This document shows, piece by piece, positions 51,705 through 63,133 of a stretch of 64,000 bases of DNA. Numbering within the stretch: the stretch's first letter is position 1; each line of letters starts with the position of its first letter. The stretch is from contig NMRA01000053.1 in assembly GCA_002633005.1 (NCBI GenBank), forward strand, positions 382,131 through 446,130, given 5' to 3'. This DNA comes from Phoronis australis (taxonomy: Eukaryota; Animalia; Phoronida). Made by a program: the position numbers and the translations under genes. The notes under the pieces were generated by a model that was given only the letters and a program-made list of their open reading frames with translations, did not search any database and was not told where the DNA came from.

Positions 51705-52398
51705 CTACAAAAACAAAGAAACGGCATGTGAATTTGCTTATTTGTGATTACGCTACTATTTTGGTTTGGGTAAGACGGTGTGCGGGGCATTTTATTAGAA
51801 AACAACACGCAATTTCTTGTAATAGGTTGCAAATATTGTACCAGCATTGATGTTCACCTGAAATTGTGGTTCATAATTGTAATGAAAATGTCCTTAACAG
51901 AATCTATAGATTGTCATGGTGAAGCACAGCCATTCGCAGAGGGAGAGGGGGGGGGGGGTAGTTCAAGTGCTTTTCATTTTGTTGTGCAATGACTGAACTG
52001 AGGGTACGTGGCTTCTGTTGATGGGAATGTGCTGCTGAGGTAAGACGGCCCACCTGTTTAGAGACGAGGAGATACACATAGTGCATTCTTTTAGAGAGGT
52101 AGAATGAGTCAAAGGGACCCATTTGTAGGATCTATGAAAAAGTTGCAGTTGTAGTCTATGGGTTTATTCCCATAGCAATATTTTTGTTGGCAAGTTTTAA
52201 CACTTTCAAAAGGCTTGTTTATTGAATTCAGTAAGCAGCTATTTGCCCTGTAGTCTAGTTTTTAATCCAACAAATCACACGATGCCATTTTGCAGACTTG
52301 TGTTGCAAAATGCATTTTGTTTACTGTCCCTGACCCTTAACGTGAACCTTTTCTGGGGAATCTGGCCATGAAAAATCCAACCGTCACCCATATATTAA

Positions 52399-52765
52399 AA
52401 GGATACTACACCCTGTTTTGGTTATTTCAGCCAACACTCATTCTGACACCTAATAACGCACCAATGGCGTCCAAACTGAGTGATGAAAGCAGTCAACTAT
52501 AAACTCATACTTTCTTTGTCACAAATTGGATACTATCATTATTATAGTACTTAGTGGGTGGTCTTTCCCCACAGTTGTTGTGTAACTCGCCTGAAGCGTC
52601 GGCCAGGCTTGCTCATTTGGCAGATTTTCACAGGAATTTTCAAATTTTGGTAAAAATATTTGAGGGTTGTCAAGGGTTACAGAGCATTATTTTGTTTCAG
52701 AGGACTATACAGAAATGTTATTTTTAAATGTATGTTAATAGGTCAAAACCGGGTTTGGTATCCTT
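52399..52765. mobile_element. TTAA-flanked MITE (Kolobok- or piggyBac-type target site)
   Basis: TTAA|AAGGATACTACACCCTGTTTTG at the left end and CAAAACCGGGTTTGGTATCCTT|TTAA at the right end. Confidence 0.75.
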
Positions 52766-54754
52766 TTAAGTACCCAGACCGACACCCACACACTGAACAC
52801 CTATGCGCTAATCTGCTCTGTACACATACATCCAGTTTTCATATAACATTTTCTATTTTTTAATATTTATACGTGTTAAAGAAGCTGTAAATCCACTTTT
52901 AAAAACAACTTTTCTGAGTTGAGTCACTTGTCATTATCAAATTGATTTTGACATATTCCTTAACCTTGCTCTCATTAAAGTTGATTTCTGGGCTGGGGCA
53001 GACATTTCATCATTAATACTATTATCAAAATATCGATGTTTCACTAGATTTTATGCACACAGCATAATGCAGTGACAAATTGTCAATTCTTCCGGAGCCA
53101 AGAAACCATTCATCTGAGCACGTAAGAAGTTTTTTAAAATTTAATTATGTAAATCAAAAGTGAGATTTATGATGGATGGTGGGTTTTGTACCACTTTATT
53201 AGATGTCAAATCAAAATGACAGGCCTATTTGTTTATGTGACAATTGGAAATTATAATATGTATAGTTTGTGCATTGTTGTTTTCTAACTAAATTTTGTTT
53301 TTAGTAAGTCTTTGTGGTAGACAAATGCTGTCTTGGTACATATTTCATACGTATACCTTTCTTGCAGTGGTGCGCCGCTTTTCAACGCCAAGCTTAACAG
53401 AAATTGAGGGTATTTATTCTTGTCATCTTGATAATTTTTACTGCTTTTTTACATTCCTTCTCTATTTGTCAGGAAATAGAGTGTGGTACAAATGAAGCAC
53501 TCAGCAGGACATAAGGTCAAACAAATATTATTGATGGCTATTGTTGCTAGTTGCCAATTTTCACTTCTGAAGACAATGCTGATTGATCTTTCCCATCTTA
53601 TGAGGAAATCAATTTCAATAAAGAACGTTAGACTGTTTCTTTGTGCTTCAAGCTGACCATCTTTGTAAAGAATAAAAAATGTTGATTTTTCCATGAACTG
53701 AAAACAAAAGTGTGGGACATTATTATGAAAATTAACGTCACTTCTCCCGACAGATGAGCGAAAAAATTGATGGACCTCTTAGTTTTAAGTAACCTGTTGT
53801 GCGGACATCAAGTTCACGCTTGGAGAGAAAGTTCTGCGTGATTTAAATGAAAAGTGTTATTCCATGGCTAACTGGTCAACATTACTTAATAACCGACGTC
53901 ACATGATGCATGTAGTCAGTCAGTGGACCGGAGTATCAGCAAACACGGTAAAAAGTAGTCCCCATAAATAAACGAGCTCAATTTAAAAACAAAATATATT
54001 GACTAGAAAAGCATGCTAAGCTATACGATACGTTATGATTATAAGATATTAAAATACAATTGCTATAGTATAGTAAATATATAAAATGACCGAAGTCTTT
54101 AAACAATACAAACTAGGTTTTCTAGACTAAATAAGATCACAAAAACTGGGATTTTCTGAAATCACGCCTCAAGGAAAACGTGAAACAGAAAGATTTTCCA
54201 AAAATTTTCTGACACGGCGCTCGGCCATTAGTGCATTTTCTGTTATTGTACAGATCCATCTTCATCCCAAACACCTGGCGAAATTTACTGACCACAAAGG
54301 TGGCCCCTAAAAGGGCAATTTATCACATTTAACAGTTGTCGTTATGAGAATTTCTCAGTTTTCATTCCAATTGTAGTTTCTATTTTGTGTGTGCTCCCAC
54401 TTTGAATAAACACCATTGGCACAGATAAATAACCTGGATACTGCTCATGGAGTGGTTACAGAAATTCTCCTTCTACGAATCATACATATAGCTGACAGTG
54501 TATATTTGCTTTTGATGTTTGAATTTTCAACTACACATTAAAACCCTGTTGATGATTTCATTCATGATATCTATGTCTCCTTTTTTCAAAACTACGCCAG
54601 GAGAAACTATACGAATATATGCAATTGCCAATCAAGTCTATAGGACACAAAAAGATATAAGCGCCCTCTATCAAAATGGATGGAAAACGGCCGCGGGAGT
54701 ACAAAAGGACTGTCACCACATGACTTCAGTGGAGCATCTGTGATTGCCAAGTCA

Positions 54755-54930
54755 TCACGGCTGAACCAGTTTGTGAAAAGTCACAAGATGCTCCTTTACT
54801 TGATCTTTCAGCTTGAAACTTTGCAAACATATGGGGCAGGGGTGGCCGAGACCAAAGTGAATTTTACTCATGTGACGGCGTAGCTCTTCTTTAGTCACAA
54901 ACTTTCGCAGACAGAAATCACACCTAAACC
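54755..54930 (-). CDS. Terminal exon ZF-C: (G)FRCDFCLRKFVTKEELRRHMSKIHFGLGHPCPICLQSFKLKDQVKEHLVTFHKLVQP*
   Basis: Acceptor TTTCGTTGTAG|, phase 1, two C2H2 fingers, own TGA. Not in the ORF track. Confidence 0.85.
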
Positions 54931-56248
54931 CTACAACGAAACCAAAACGGAAGCGTCATCAGCAGAAAAACTGGCTACGCATAGAGTGCAAGATATTTCC
55001 TAGTTAGAGTCTGGCAAAAGACGGATAAAATATGAAATTCAGGGATCAGATTGTGCTGACATGTAGCCACAAAATCTAATATTGAGGTAAGTGTTCTCAA
55101 CAATATTTCATGAAAATTGCCCTGCCGTGCCATGGAATAGAAACTTGCACATCTACAAAACACACCGGTATCCGTTTTTTGCCTCAACTATTTTAATGTG
55201 AAATTCAATTTTGAATTTCCAACCATCTACCAAAGGGACATACAGTGACTGGAAGAGGCACTTTGTTGAGAACATGCCTTTGATTTTTTGGCCAAATTTT
55301 ACTTAAAGTAGCATTTCGCCCTGTTTAGCAGCCTAAAAAACAAGTATTGAATTAAGTCTTTTACTCTCATAAAATTCATCTAATAACAGTCTCTATAGCG
55401 ATAGGATTTTATTTCCGTTACCAGCTCAAGTCATAGGTAATGCTAGATTAGTACCTATAGACTATACGACTCCGATTGGCAATAAAAATGATGTCAAGTA
55501 AGTTAGCAATAAAGGCTTGTCCCCCTCAATCGCACTACATCACAATTATTGTTTTACCTGTTGATGTCCGTCTTGTGACGGCATCCCTTTATAAACTCAG
55601 TCTCTGAGATGTTGGTGTCAAGCGATTCAAAACTTGTCCTACAGACTGTATACTTGTCTTTGCTTATAGGATATTTAAAATAATGCATTATGTGCAAAGC
55701 AGCGACAAAATAACATACAAGGGGTGTTTTATATATTTGTTACAGACTTTTTAACGGCAAAAGTAACGATATGTTCCATTTCAGTGCATCCGTGTGGTGA
55801 ACCAACGACACCTCTTGGGCGAATCAACTAACGTGACATTCCAAATAAGGAAGTCAATAGCAAGGAACTTGACTATCAGCTTGCATGAAGCAAACTGCGC
55901 ACTGGTGGCCAGAACGAGGCAACATATACATGCACCATTTTCTGATTTGCACATAGACCACGACATAGTCAATGCCATATTAGTATGAAGTAGGAATTTG
56001 AATTCCACACAATTTTTACATCCAAGATGAGTTTTACAAAGTCAAATTCTACGCTTTTCTAGGTAATTGGCCAGAAGTTGTGCAGTTCGATAACCACTTT
56101 GCAATTTTTATTTCTCTTTCCGACATTTGCTTCTGTATTTGCTTTTTTAGATAAACATCACCAGATTGTCCAATTTCAGTGTTATGAAGTTCCAGTTTGA
56201 TACATTTGATCTCAAAGAAAACAAATTATTTCATCTTTGTGTTAGACT

Positions 56249-56504
56249 TTAAAGCTGCGTTTCACCCAGATTAGCTACCAAAAACAAAAAATGAATTACC
56301 GATAAGAGCTTTTACTCTCATGAAATCCGTGACGGGATATTCCTTACCGTGATAGGATTCTACTACCGTTACCAAAAAGCATGTACGCATTGCCTTAGTA
56401 ACAGAAATACAATCCTACCATTGTAAGGAATATTGAGAGACTAACTTTATGAAAGTAGTTTGATTTTCACTTTAAGGCAGCTAAACAGGGCGAAATGCAC
56501 TTCA
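56249..56504. mobile_element. Short MITE; a related left end is at about 55303-55425
   Basis: Imperfect inverted ends TTAAAGCTGCGTTTCACCC and GGGCGAAATGCACTTCAA. Internal CTTTTACTCTCAT...CCGTTACCA is shared with 55358-55422. Confidence 0.5.
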
Positions 56505-57680
56505 ATAAAAATAAAATGTTGAAATAATCAAAAATTTATTGCGTACCACACAAAGGATACATTCTGCTAACAAGCACATAAAATACTTATAACTGCAAGT
56601 TATCACTTCCGGGTAGTATTCTAAATATCTAAATAAATATAAAGACACTTTACACTACAGTAATACGCTTAATAAAACTTCTAAGTAAACATCTTAATAA
56701 ACAGCACAGAATTATGAAAACAAGATCTACATTAACATAACATGTATCCTACTACACAATATAAGTCTGCCCGACAGTAACATGTTCAATATCAACTTTA
56801 GAAGAGAATAGTTTTAAGAACTAAGTTGTAAAATGTGTATCTTGTGCACTCTGTGGTTCTAGCCTCCAATACAGTAAAGTGTGATTGATACAGTACAAGC
56901 AAGAAGTATTTAGACCCAGAATTCCCCTCCATGATGGCTGGGCAGAAGCCAAATTCATCGTCGGATTACTAATAGTCTTCCGTTGTGACTGAGAATGAAG
57001 GGAAATTAACAAGAACATATTAAGTAGGGTGCCTGAGCCATTCTGTCAGCTGTCCACTGTTGCTGTTAACAGAATTAGTCATCATGATGCGAAATGCTTT
57101 TTGTCCGATTACTTTCATCACGGTATGAAAGTTCTATAATACAGCGGCCAGAGAACTCACTATGAACGCAGCCCACAAAAAAGACAGATAAGACAGAGGA
57201 ACACTCAATCAACCTTTGAGAGTTCATGAATGCATCTAGAGGGGAGAACAGACAGGTCCACATCTGGTCAGTAAGAATCCAAAAATAACCAACGTCTCAA
57301 TCAGCAGGACAATCACAAGAAGTAAAGTAGCTTAGTGCCTGAAGCAGATTCGAGGGTTGCCCCACAAGTGTCTAAGTAAAGGCTTGCACAAAAACATGGA
57401 AAGAACATCAAGAAAACATCAACATTGTCACTTGAATAAAACTCCTTACTCTAAACAATCCTCAAAATATTTACTTCTATATAACAGCCGAGCAGCATGG
57501 CTTCTAGAACTTAAATTCGTCTCAAAATCTTCAGCTTGTCAGTCCGATTTATAGGAAAGCCATTTTCCTCGTGAAAACAAAAGCCACGCTTTTATGCAAT
57601 TTTTCCTTCACTGAATAATCTCATTTTTATCAGCACCATAAACACAACCTTGTATTTTGGGGGGAAATCTGTTTCAAGAA

Positions 57681-57874
57681 TCAATGAAATGTTTTCACCG
57701 CTTCTAAGTCGGCAGTATGACATTTCTTCATGTGCTGTTTCAGATGGGACTTCGTCTGATAGTTTCTGTCACAGACGGCACATTTAAACACTAAACCCAA
57801 GTGTATAGCTCTGATATGATGCTGTAGATCAATTCTCCAGTTATATTTCCTTTGGCACAAGCCACAGACAAAGC
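57681..57874 (-). CDS. Terminal exon ZF-D: (G)FVCGLCQRKYNWRIDLQHHIRAIHLGLVFKCAVCDRNYQTKSHLKQHMKKCHTADLEAVKTFH*
   Basis: Acceptor CTTTTACAG|, phase 1, two C2H2 fingers, own TGA. Not in the ORF track. Confidence 0.85.
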
Positions 57875-58666
57875 CTGTAAAAGTATAGTATAAAATGTTA
57901 GTAGACGTAACAGGATCTTTATTCTTTTAGAACACGTCTCGAGTGTAATCTGTTAACAACTAGAAAAACACTTTCACAACCATTAACTCTGTACTAGCCA
58001 AGTTTGTCACCAATAAATAGGCACTGTACAAACTTGTTAAAAGCGACATTGGCTTATCTATTATGCCCGTAATGGGAACCCAGCCTCAATTTTCAAGATT
58101 TCTCTTCACGATAGCTCTAAAATAACATTCTTAAGTGTCGTTTCTAATCGGTCATGCCTGGAACGTGGGACCGGACCCTCACCTCCGTCGAAAATCCACC
58201 CGTGTTAGAGATGACAGAACTATTAAGGGGGAAGTGGGGTGTGAAAAGCAGACAATGGGGTAGGGTGACACGGGTGGTCACTCAGGGGGTGGAGTTAATG
58301 AAATTAGTGCAAGAAGGAAGGTCTGTAAATTTGTTTTTGTACTCCTCAACATCAAAACAGTACTTTTGCCCATGTCTTTCAGTGTATTTGCATTGAGTTT
58401 GAAATCCGCAATCAAAGGTCACAAAGCAATGGGTAAGGTGGCCCCCATCTTGCGAGTACACACACACGCACACTATAGTAGAGGCATGTTCGAAAACGAG
58501 GAAGGTAAATAAGATCTTGCGAAGAAAAAGAACTAACATGGCCTCACAAAACAAAGCACCAGAAGATGGAAGATACTGTAACAAACTAATGAACTCTCTT
58601 AAAACTAAGTACTGTAACACAGAATATGAACTCTCTCAGACTAGCAACTAAAATACAAACATTTAG

Positions 58667-58839
58667 CTACTCCATAACTTTGTGAAAGGTTTGCAGGTGC
58701 TTTTTAATAGTAAATCTCCATTTAAAAGTCATCGGGCAGATGGGACACTTGTGTCGAATGCCGAAATGCTGCGCTTTAATGTGGCGTGAAAGGTCGCCTT
58801 TCCTGCTGTACTTGTTCCCGCACATACCACATGCAAACC
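58667..58839 (-). CDS. Terminal exon ZF-E: (G)FACGMCGNKYSRKGDLSRHIKAQHFGIRHKCPICPMTFKWRFTIKKHLQTFHKVME*
   Basis: Acceptor TTTGTTGTAG|, phase 1, two C2H2 fingers, own TAG. Closest paralogue by eye is ZF-B. Confidence 0.85.
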
Positions 58840-59107
58840 CTACAACAAAGAATAGCTGTCTTTACCCAAAGCCATCTGGCCACCATAAAGAACTCTTACA
58901 GCCAATGCGTTTCTGTTTCATCACCAAAAAAGTGATTCAGGCCATTGTCTACGGATGAATGTGGATTACGTTATAACAATCATGGCTGTTTTCTTTGCAA
59001 GTAGCGAGGACATATTGAAATAAGCTGTGTTGCTTATGTGGACTATTTGGTAACAGAAGTATAGTGCCACCATAGACTAAAGATATTGAACAGAGTATCT
59101 ATGGTGT

Positions 59108-59160
<53 letters not shown>
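59108..59160. repeat. Compound microsatellite (CA)n(TA)n
   Basis: Read directly from the sequence. Confidence 0.95.
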
Positions 59161-59163
<3 letters not shown>

Positions 59164-60857
59164 ATGTATTAAAATATTGTGGCTTAATTGCTGAGAATGT
59201 AATCACCAAATCTTACTAAATATTGTAATCGAAAATTAATCAATCACGTCGGGTGAAATCAGAAAGTAACTTAGCGTAGCCTGCTTGAGCTCTGTTTATG
59301 ACATCATAACACCAGGAGACACAATGTGTAAAATAAATTCTACAATTCTAGTAAAATGCAGCAATTATAGGACACACAAGACTGGCAGACATGTGAATTT
59401 CTATATTGTCGAATGTCTTGACAAAAACGACATTGAAGTAAGTTTTGTCAAGATTTTCGACATAATATAATTTCACTTTAAAAAAGTTTTTGACTTTTGT
59501 TAGCATGGTTTGCAAGGCACGGTTGCCTCCAAACATTTCGGAAAACCTTCAAAAGTGGAAAATGGCTGTTTTATAGTTTTTGTCCCGAATTCAAGAATTT
59601 TGACTGTAATCTGCATTTTGTTTAGGGCTTCCCTGGATGACAACCTAGGGTCAGTTGAGCTCACCCTTTGAGGATAGCTTTGACCTTTGCAGTGAAGCTT
59701 TACAGGTGAGTTTTGGTTCAGTTGATCTTGTTACTTGTGACCTGTTGTGGTTTTATATACTCTTTGAGGATGATGATTAGAATTGAAAAGAATATGTAAC
59801 TACACAATGCTGCCCACAATTGTGCCGAGTTTTCTATTACCTTTATACCAATCTGCCTTTAATTGGGTCAGGTGATCATGACTGCCTTTTTGGTAAAATT
59901 GAGCAAAAAAGAACGGTGGTTGTAGCAAAGCAATGTCATTAACAGTACCAGATTTTATTTGATATAAATGTTCAATATGAAATCTCAATGCTGTTACAGT
60001 ATTCTAATTTATCATTTTTTCAGTTTATGCAACTTTTGAGGTTTTCTATCATAATCATGAATGTCCTATTTTTGATTGCCTTTAACATTTTTTGGAAAAC
60101 AGTGCATTGACATGATATCTGAAAATGCCATACGAATCCATCAGCTATTTCAGAGCTATGATGTTGGAAAATTTTCTAGTGTCCCACACAGATAGCCTTC
60201 TAAGGCCATGTTTTGTCAAGTGACTCAGTATAAGTTGAATGTAGGTTGTTGTGGACCCTAAACACATGATTAACACAGAAATGCCACACAAAATTTGAAA
60301 TAAAAATCAATTTTCTCTAAGCTTAACTTTTAAATGATTTAATAGTCTTGCTGTCAAATCTTGAGCAATACATTCTGCAAGATTTTTTGTACATTGGAAC
60401 ATACAGAAATTTTGTGACCATACCTTCGGCAAATAATTTCTAGGGTCTGAAATGAAGATGTTTCACCCTTACAGTCATTGATCAGGGGGGGGGTGGAAAG
60501 TGATGGGAGGGGTGGAAAGTGATGGGAGAGAACTGATGAGGAGCTGGGAGGAGAGAGGAGGGTAGATGAAGTTGATATGTGGGTCTGGTCCTCTAAAAGT
60601 TGCCCACTGTCCCGAACATGCATTGATTATTATAAATAAATGGCAACAGTCATCTCAGAATGAACCCCTCGCACAAATCATAACACACTCGCGAGCTTCC
60701 ACGTTATTATGAATTTACTTGATTTTCCTAAAATGTAAATCACAGTGCTAGTGGCAATTCCAAATTTCGCAATAAACACACTTGTCTTTTGCTTGGTGGT
60801 AACTGATTTGTGCACACATGTCAAAATGTCTGGGAACGCAATTGTGAAGTATAGATG

Positions 60858-61034
60858 TTTTGTGCATTAATGGCACATAAAAGCCCATTTCACCAGTTCA
60901 GCTGTCAATGTTGAATTCATAACTGAAGTTCTTTAGGGTTTAAAAACATTACCACACTCATCCGATCTTGAACTATTATCGAATGAGCGGGCAACTCGAA
61001 TCACAGGCAATGCATACATGCACCATTTTTGAAC
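60858..61034 (-). pseudogene. Probable decayed zinc-finger exon
   Basis: Phase-1 acceptor TTGCAG|, then (G)SKMVHVCIACDS. In shifted frames DECGNVFK and TGEMGF/MCH*CTK (TGEKP-like linker), broken by stops and frameshifts. Confidence 0.4.
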
Positions 61035-61565
61035 CTGCAATTCAAGGGTTTGGCAGATAAACTATACAATATATCTTGAGTTTAACGGTTTAATAATCAG
61101 ACAGCATTTGATGACAAAGACGTACAAACAACACCAATAACACAGTGGTAGTTGGCTAATGGTTCCTCTGTTCTTGTTGGAAATACAATCTTATCACAGT
61201 AAAGAATATTGTAAATCCAATTTTAGGAGAGTAAAAGGCCTAATAAGACAAGCTTGACAGCACAAAATGCAGCTTTAAACTAGCTATTGAAGCAACTACC
61301 AGTTAGGTTCTCAGTTAGCAAAGAAAATTAAAAACAACAAATTGGCAGTAGCTAAAGCTATATAGGACAATAATTAAGCCTTGACAAAATTATCATATTA
61401 AAAACTGGTCTTGTTGGAGCCAGTCAAGAGGTATATACAATCAGTGAAGTCCATGTAGGCTATAACTGTGCAAAAATAGAGAAGACATCTCCGAGTACTA
61501 AAAAGCTCTAAATTGTATTCTAAACGAAACAAGGCTTTAGAGAATGAGCTTTACTGACATGAATG

Positions 61566-61711
61566 TTAGTAATAAATGCAACAACATAACAACAATAATA
61601 GAATGCTTTGCTTACAAAAGTGGCAACTGGTGCCCCCATAAGCTTTTATGCAATATGTGTGAGAATAAAAGAAATTGACACTGCAACAATGCTTTAGTGG
61701 CAAGGATGAAC
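61566..61711 (-). pseudogene. Possible degenerate terminal exon
   Basis: Strong acceptor CCTTTTTCAG|, phase 1, open to a stop: (G)SSLPLKHCCSV...TSCHFCKQS. One CX2C knuckle remains but the His ligands are lost. Confidence 0.25.
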
Positions 61712-62100
61712 CTGAAAAAGGCACAATGGACCCCATTTCAACTGCACTCTGAAAGCCAAATTTTACAATATTGTACATCTGTTCACAGTATTGTTAATTT
61801 AGACACTTTGCCTACAATAAAAAGACAATGATGCCTGCTAATTATGGACAGAATACTAGAAATTTCCAATATCGTAACATCAAACTATCATGCATGGAAA
61901 TAGGAATCAAAATCTGCAACTGAATTAATTATAGTTATCTTACATTGGCACATGGTGAGAAATTTGTAGAAAAAAGTGTGACTGACCAAGGCAGAGTTTT
62001 GTAAACCCAAGACACTTACAAAGCACTTCTTGTAAAAAATCTTCGCTTATGGAACCAAAGCAAAGAATTCTATCCCTTAATTGATACCCCAACCTCACTG

Positions 62101-62228
62101 ACCAATCACTTTAGTGCTTGGGTATGTTAGTAATGTCTGGTGCACACTTGACATAAACTCGCCCTTCACTCGCCTGATTTTTTGAGTGGTCTTGATTTTT
62201 TCGCAATTCTTGCATCAACGTAACACAC
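62101..62228 (-). pseudogene. Probable decayed zinc-finger exon
   Basis: After CACAG| in phase 1: VLR*CKNCEK; after a frameshift: CQVCTRHY*HTQALK*, which keeps CX2C-X3-Y-X5-L spacing. Confidence 0.35.
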
Positions 62229-62960
62229 CTGTGACTCCATTTATTTACCTATAAAAAGCAACCAATGAAAAAAATTTCGAGGAACAGCACGCTTTTGATC
62301 CTTCATGCTGTCGCTGAGTTCGGTATAAACAAATACAGTGCTGCCTCCTCTCCACTTTCTGTCCAGATGTGAACTCAAGAAATGCTAGTTAAAGCTGCTT
62401 TCCGTTCAAAAAGTCAACTTTTGATTTGGACCTCTTTCCACTGAAAATTGGGCTCAACTTGTTAATTACTCAGATGGGGACTGTTTTTTTTTTTGGTTAG
62501 CAAAGAACTGACAGTTAGTTTATCCTGGACACCATGCTTACTTAGAGCTTAAAATGACACACCCTGACTGTGTCAACTTGCAGAGCCTGATCTCAAGCAC
62601 TAACAAACTGTTAGTTCTTTCAACACCCTGAAATAAACTACAATTTGAATAAGGTACAATTTGAGACCAACTTCCCCAGGGTAAGTGGAGTAAATAAACA
62701 ACTGTTATTTGTGATGGAAGTTGGGTTTATAACCACTTTAAACGAGATGGAAAAGTTTCCTGGCCATGATAGCACTGGATTCAACCTTCAGGTGACAGAC
62801 AACCTGCCACTGAAATGAACAAGTCAAATTTTTGAAGGACTGACTGACCTCAGGTATGATATTCAGAAGCGTTATTGACTGGAAAATTATAGTTTTTTGT
62901 GGCCCACAAACGTAATAACTGCTTGGCAAGAAAAACTTATGAGACGGAATGCAGTTTTAA

Positions 62961-63133
62961 CTATTCCGTCAACGCATGAGAGGTTCTCATATGATGAGTC
63001 AAATTGTCCCTCCGCTTATATGCCTTTGAGCACACGGAACACTTGTGCCGAACGCCGAAATGTTTCTCTTTGATATGGCGTACAACGTCCCTTTTCCAGA
63101 TGTATGGGCTCCAACAAATGCCACACGAAAATC
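62961..63133 (-). CDS. Terminal exon ZF-F: (G)FSCGICWSPYIWKRDVVRHIKEKHFGVRHKCSVCSKAYKRRDNLTHHMRTSHALTE*
   Basis: Acceptor TTTATTCTAG|, phase 1, two C2H2 fingers, own TAG. Confidence 0.85.

Noticed and set aside
55781-55945. Phase-1 open frame sharing AAAATGGTGCATGTA with the relic at 61034
   Set aside because: The similarity is limited to about 16 bp and no finger pattern follows.
56821-56990. Strong acceptor followed by LGLNTSCLYC, reminiscent of the cassette linker
   Set aside because: The phase-1 frame stops after a few codons and the motif lies in another frame without His ligands.
58282-58450. Cys-containing minus-strand ORF between ZF-D and ZF-E
   Set aside because: No C2H2 spacing and a weak acceptor; most likely part of the ZF-E 3' UTR.
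60354-60446. ICRRYGHKISVCSNVQKILQNV as a degenerate zinc finger
   Set aside because: Only one of four ligands is present and it is in phase 0 relative to the nearby acceptor; it cannot be distinguished from chance.
49879-63133. One multi-exon poly-zinc-finger protein, or six single-exon genes
   Set aside because: Each exon ends in an in-frame stop, so they cannot be chained. None has a credible start codon; the ORF-track starts at 50205 and 63149 are non-ATG codons in intron-like sequence upstream of the acceptors.
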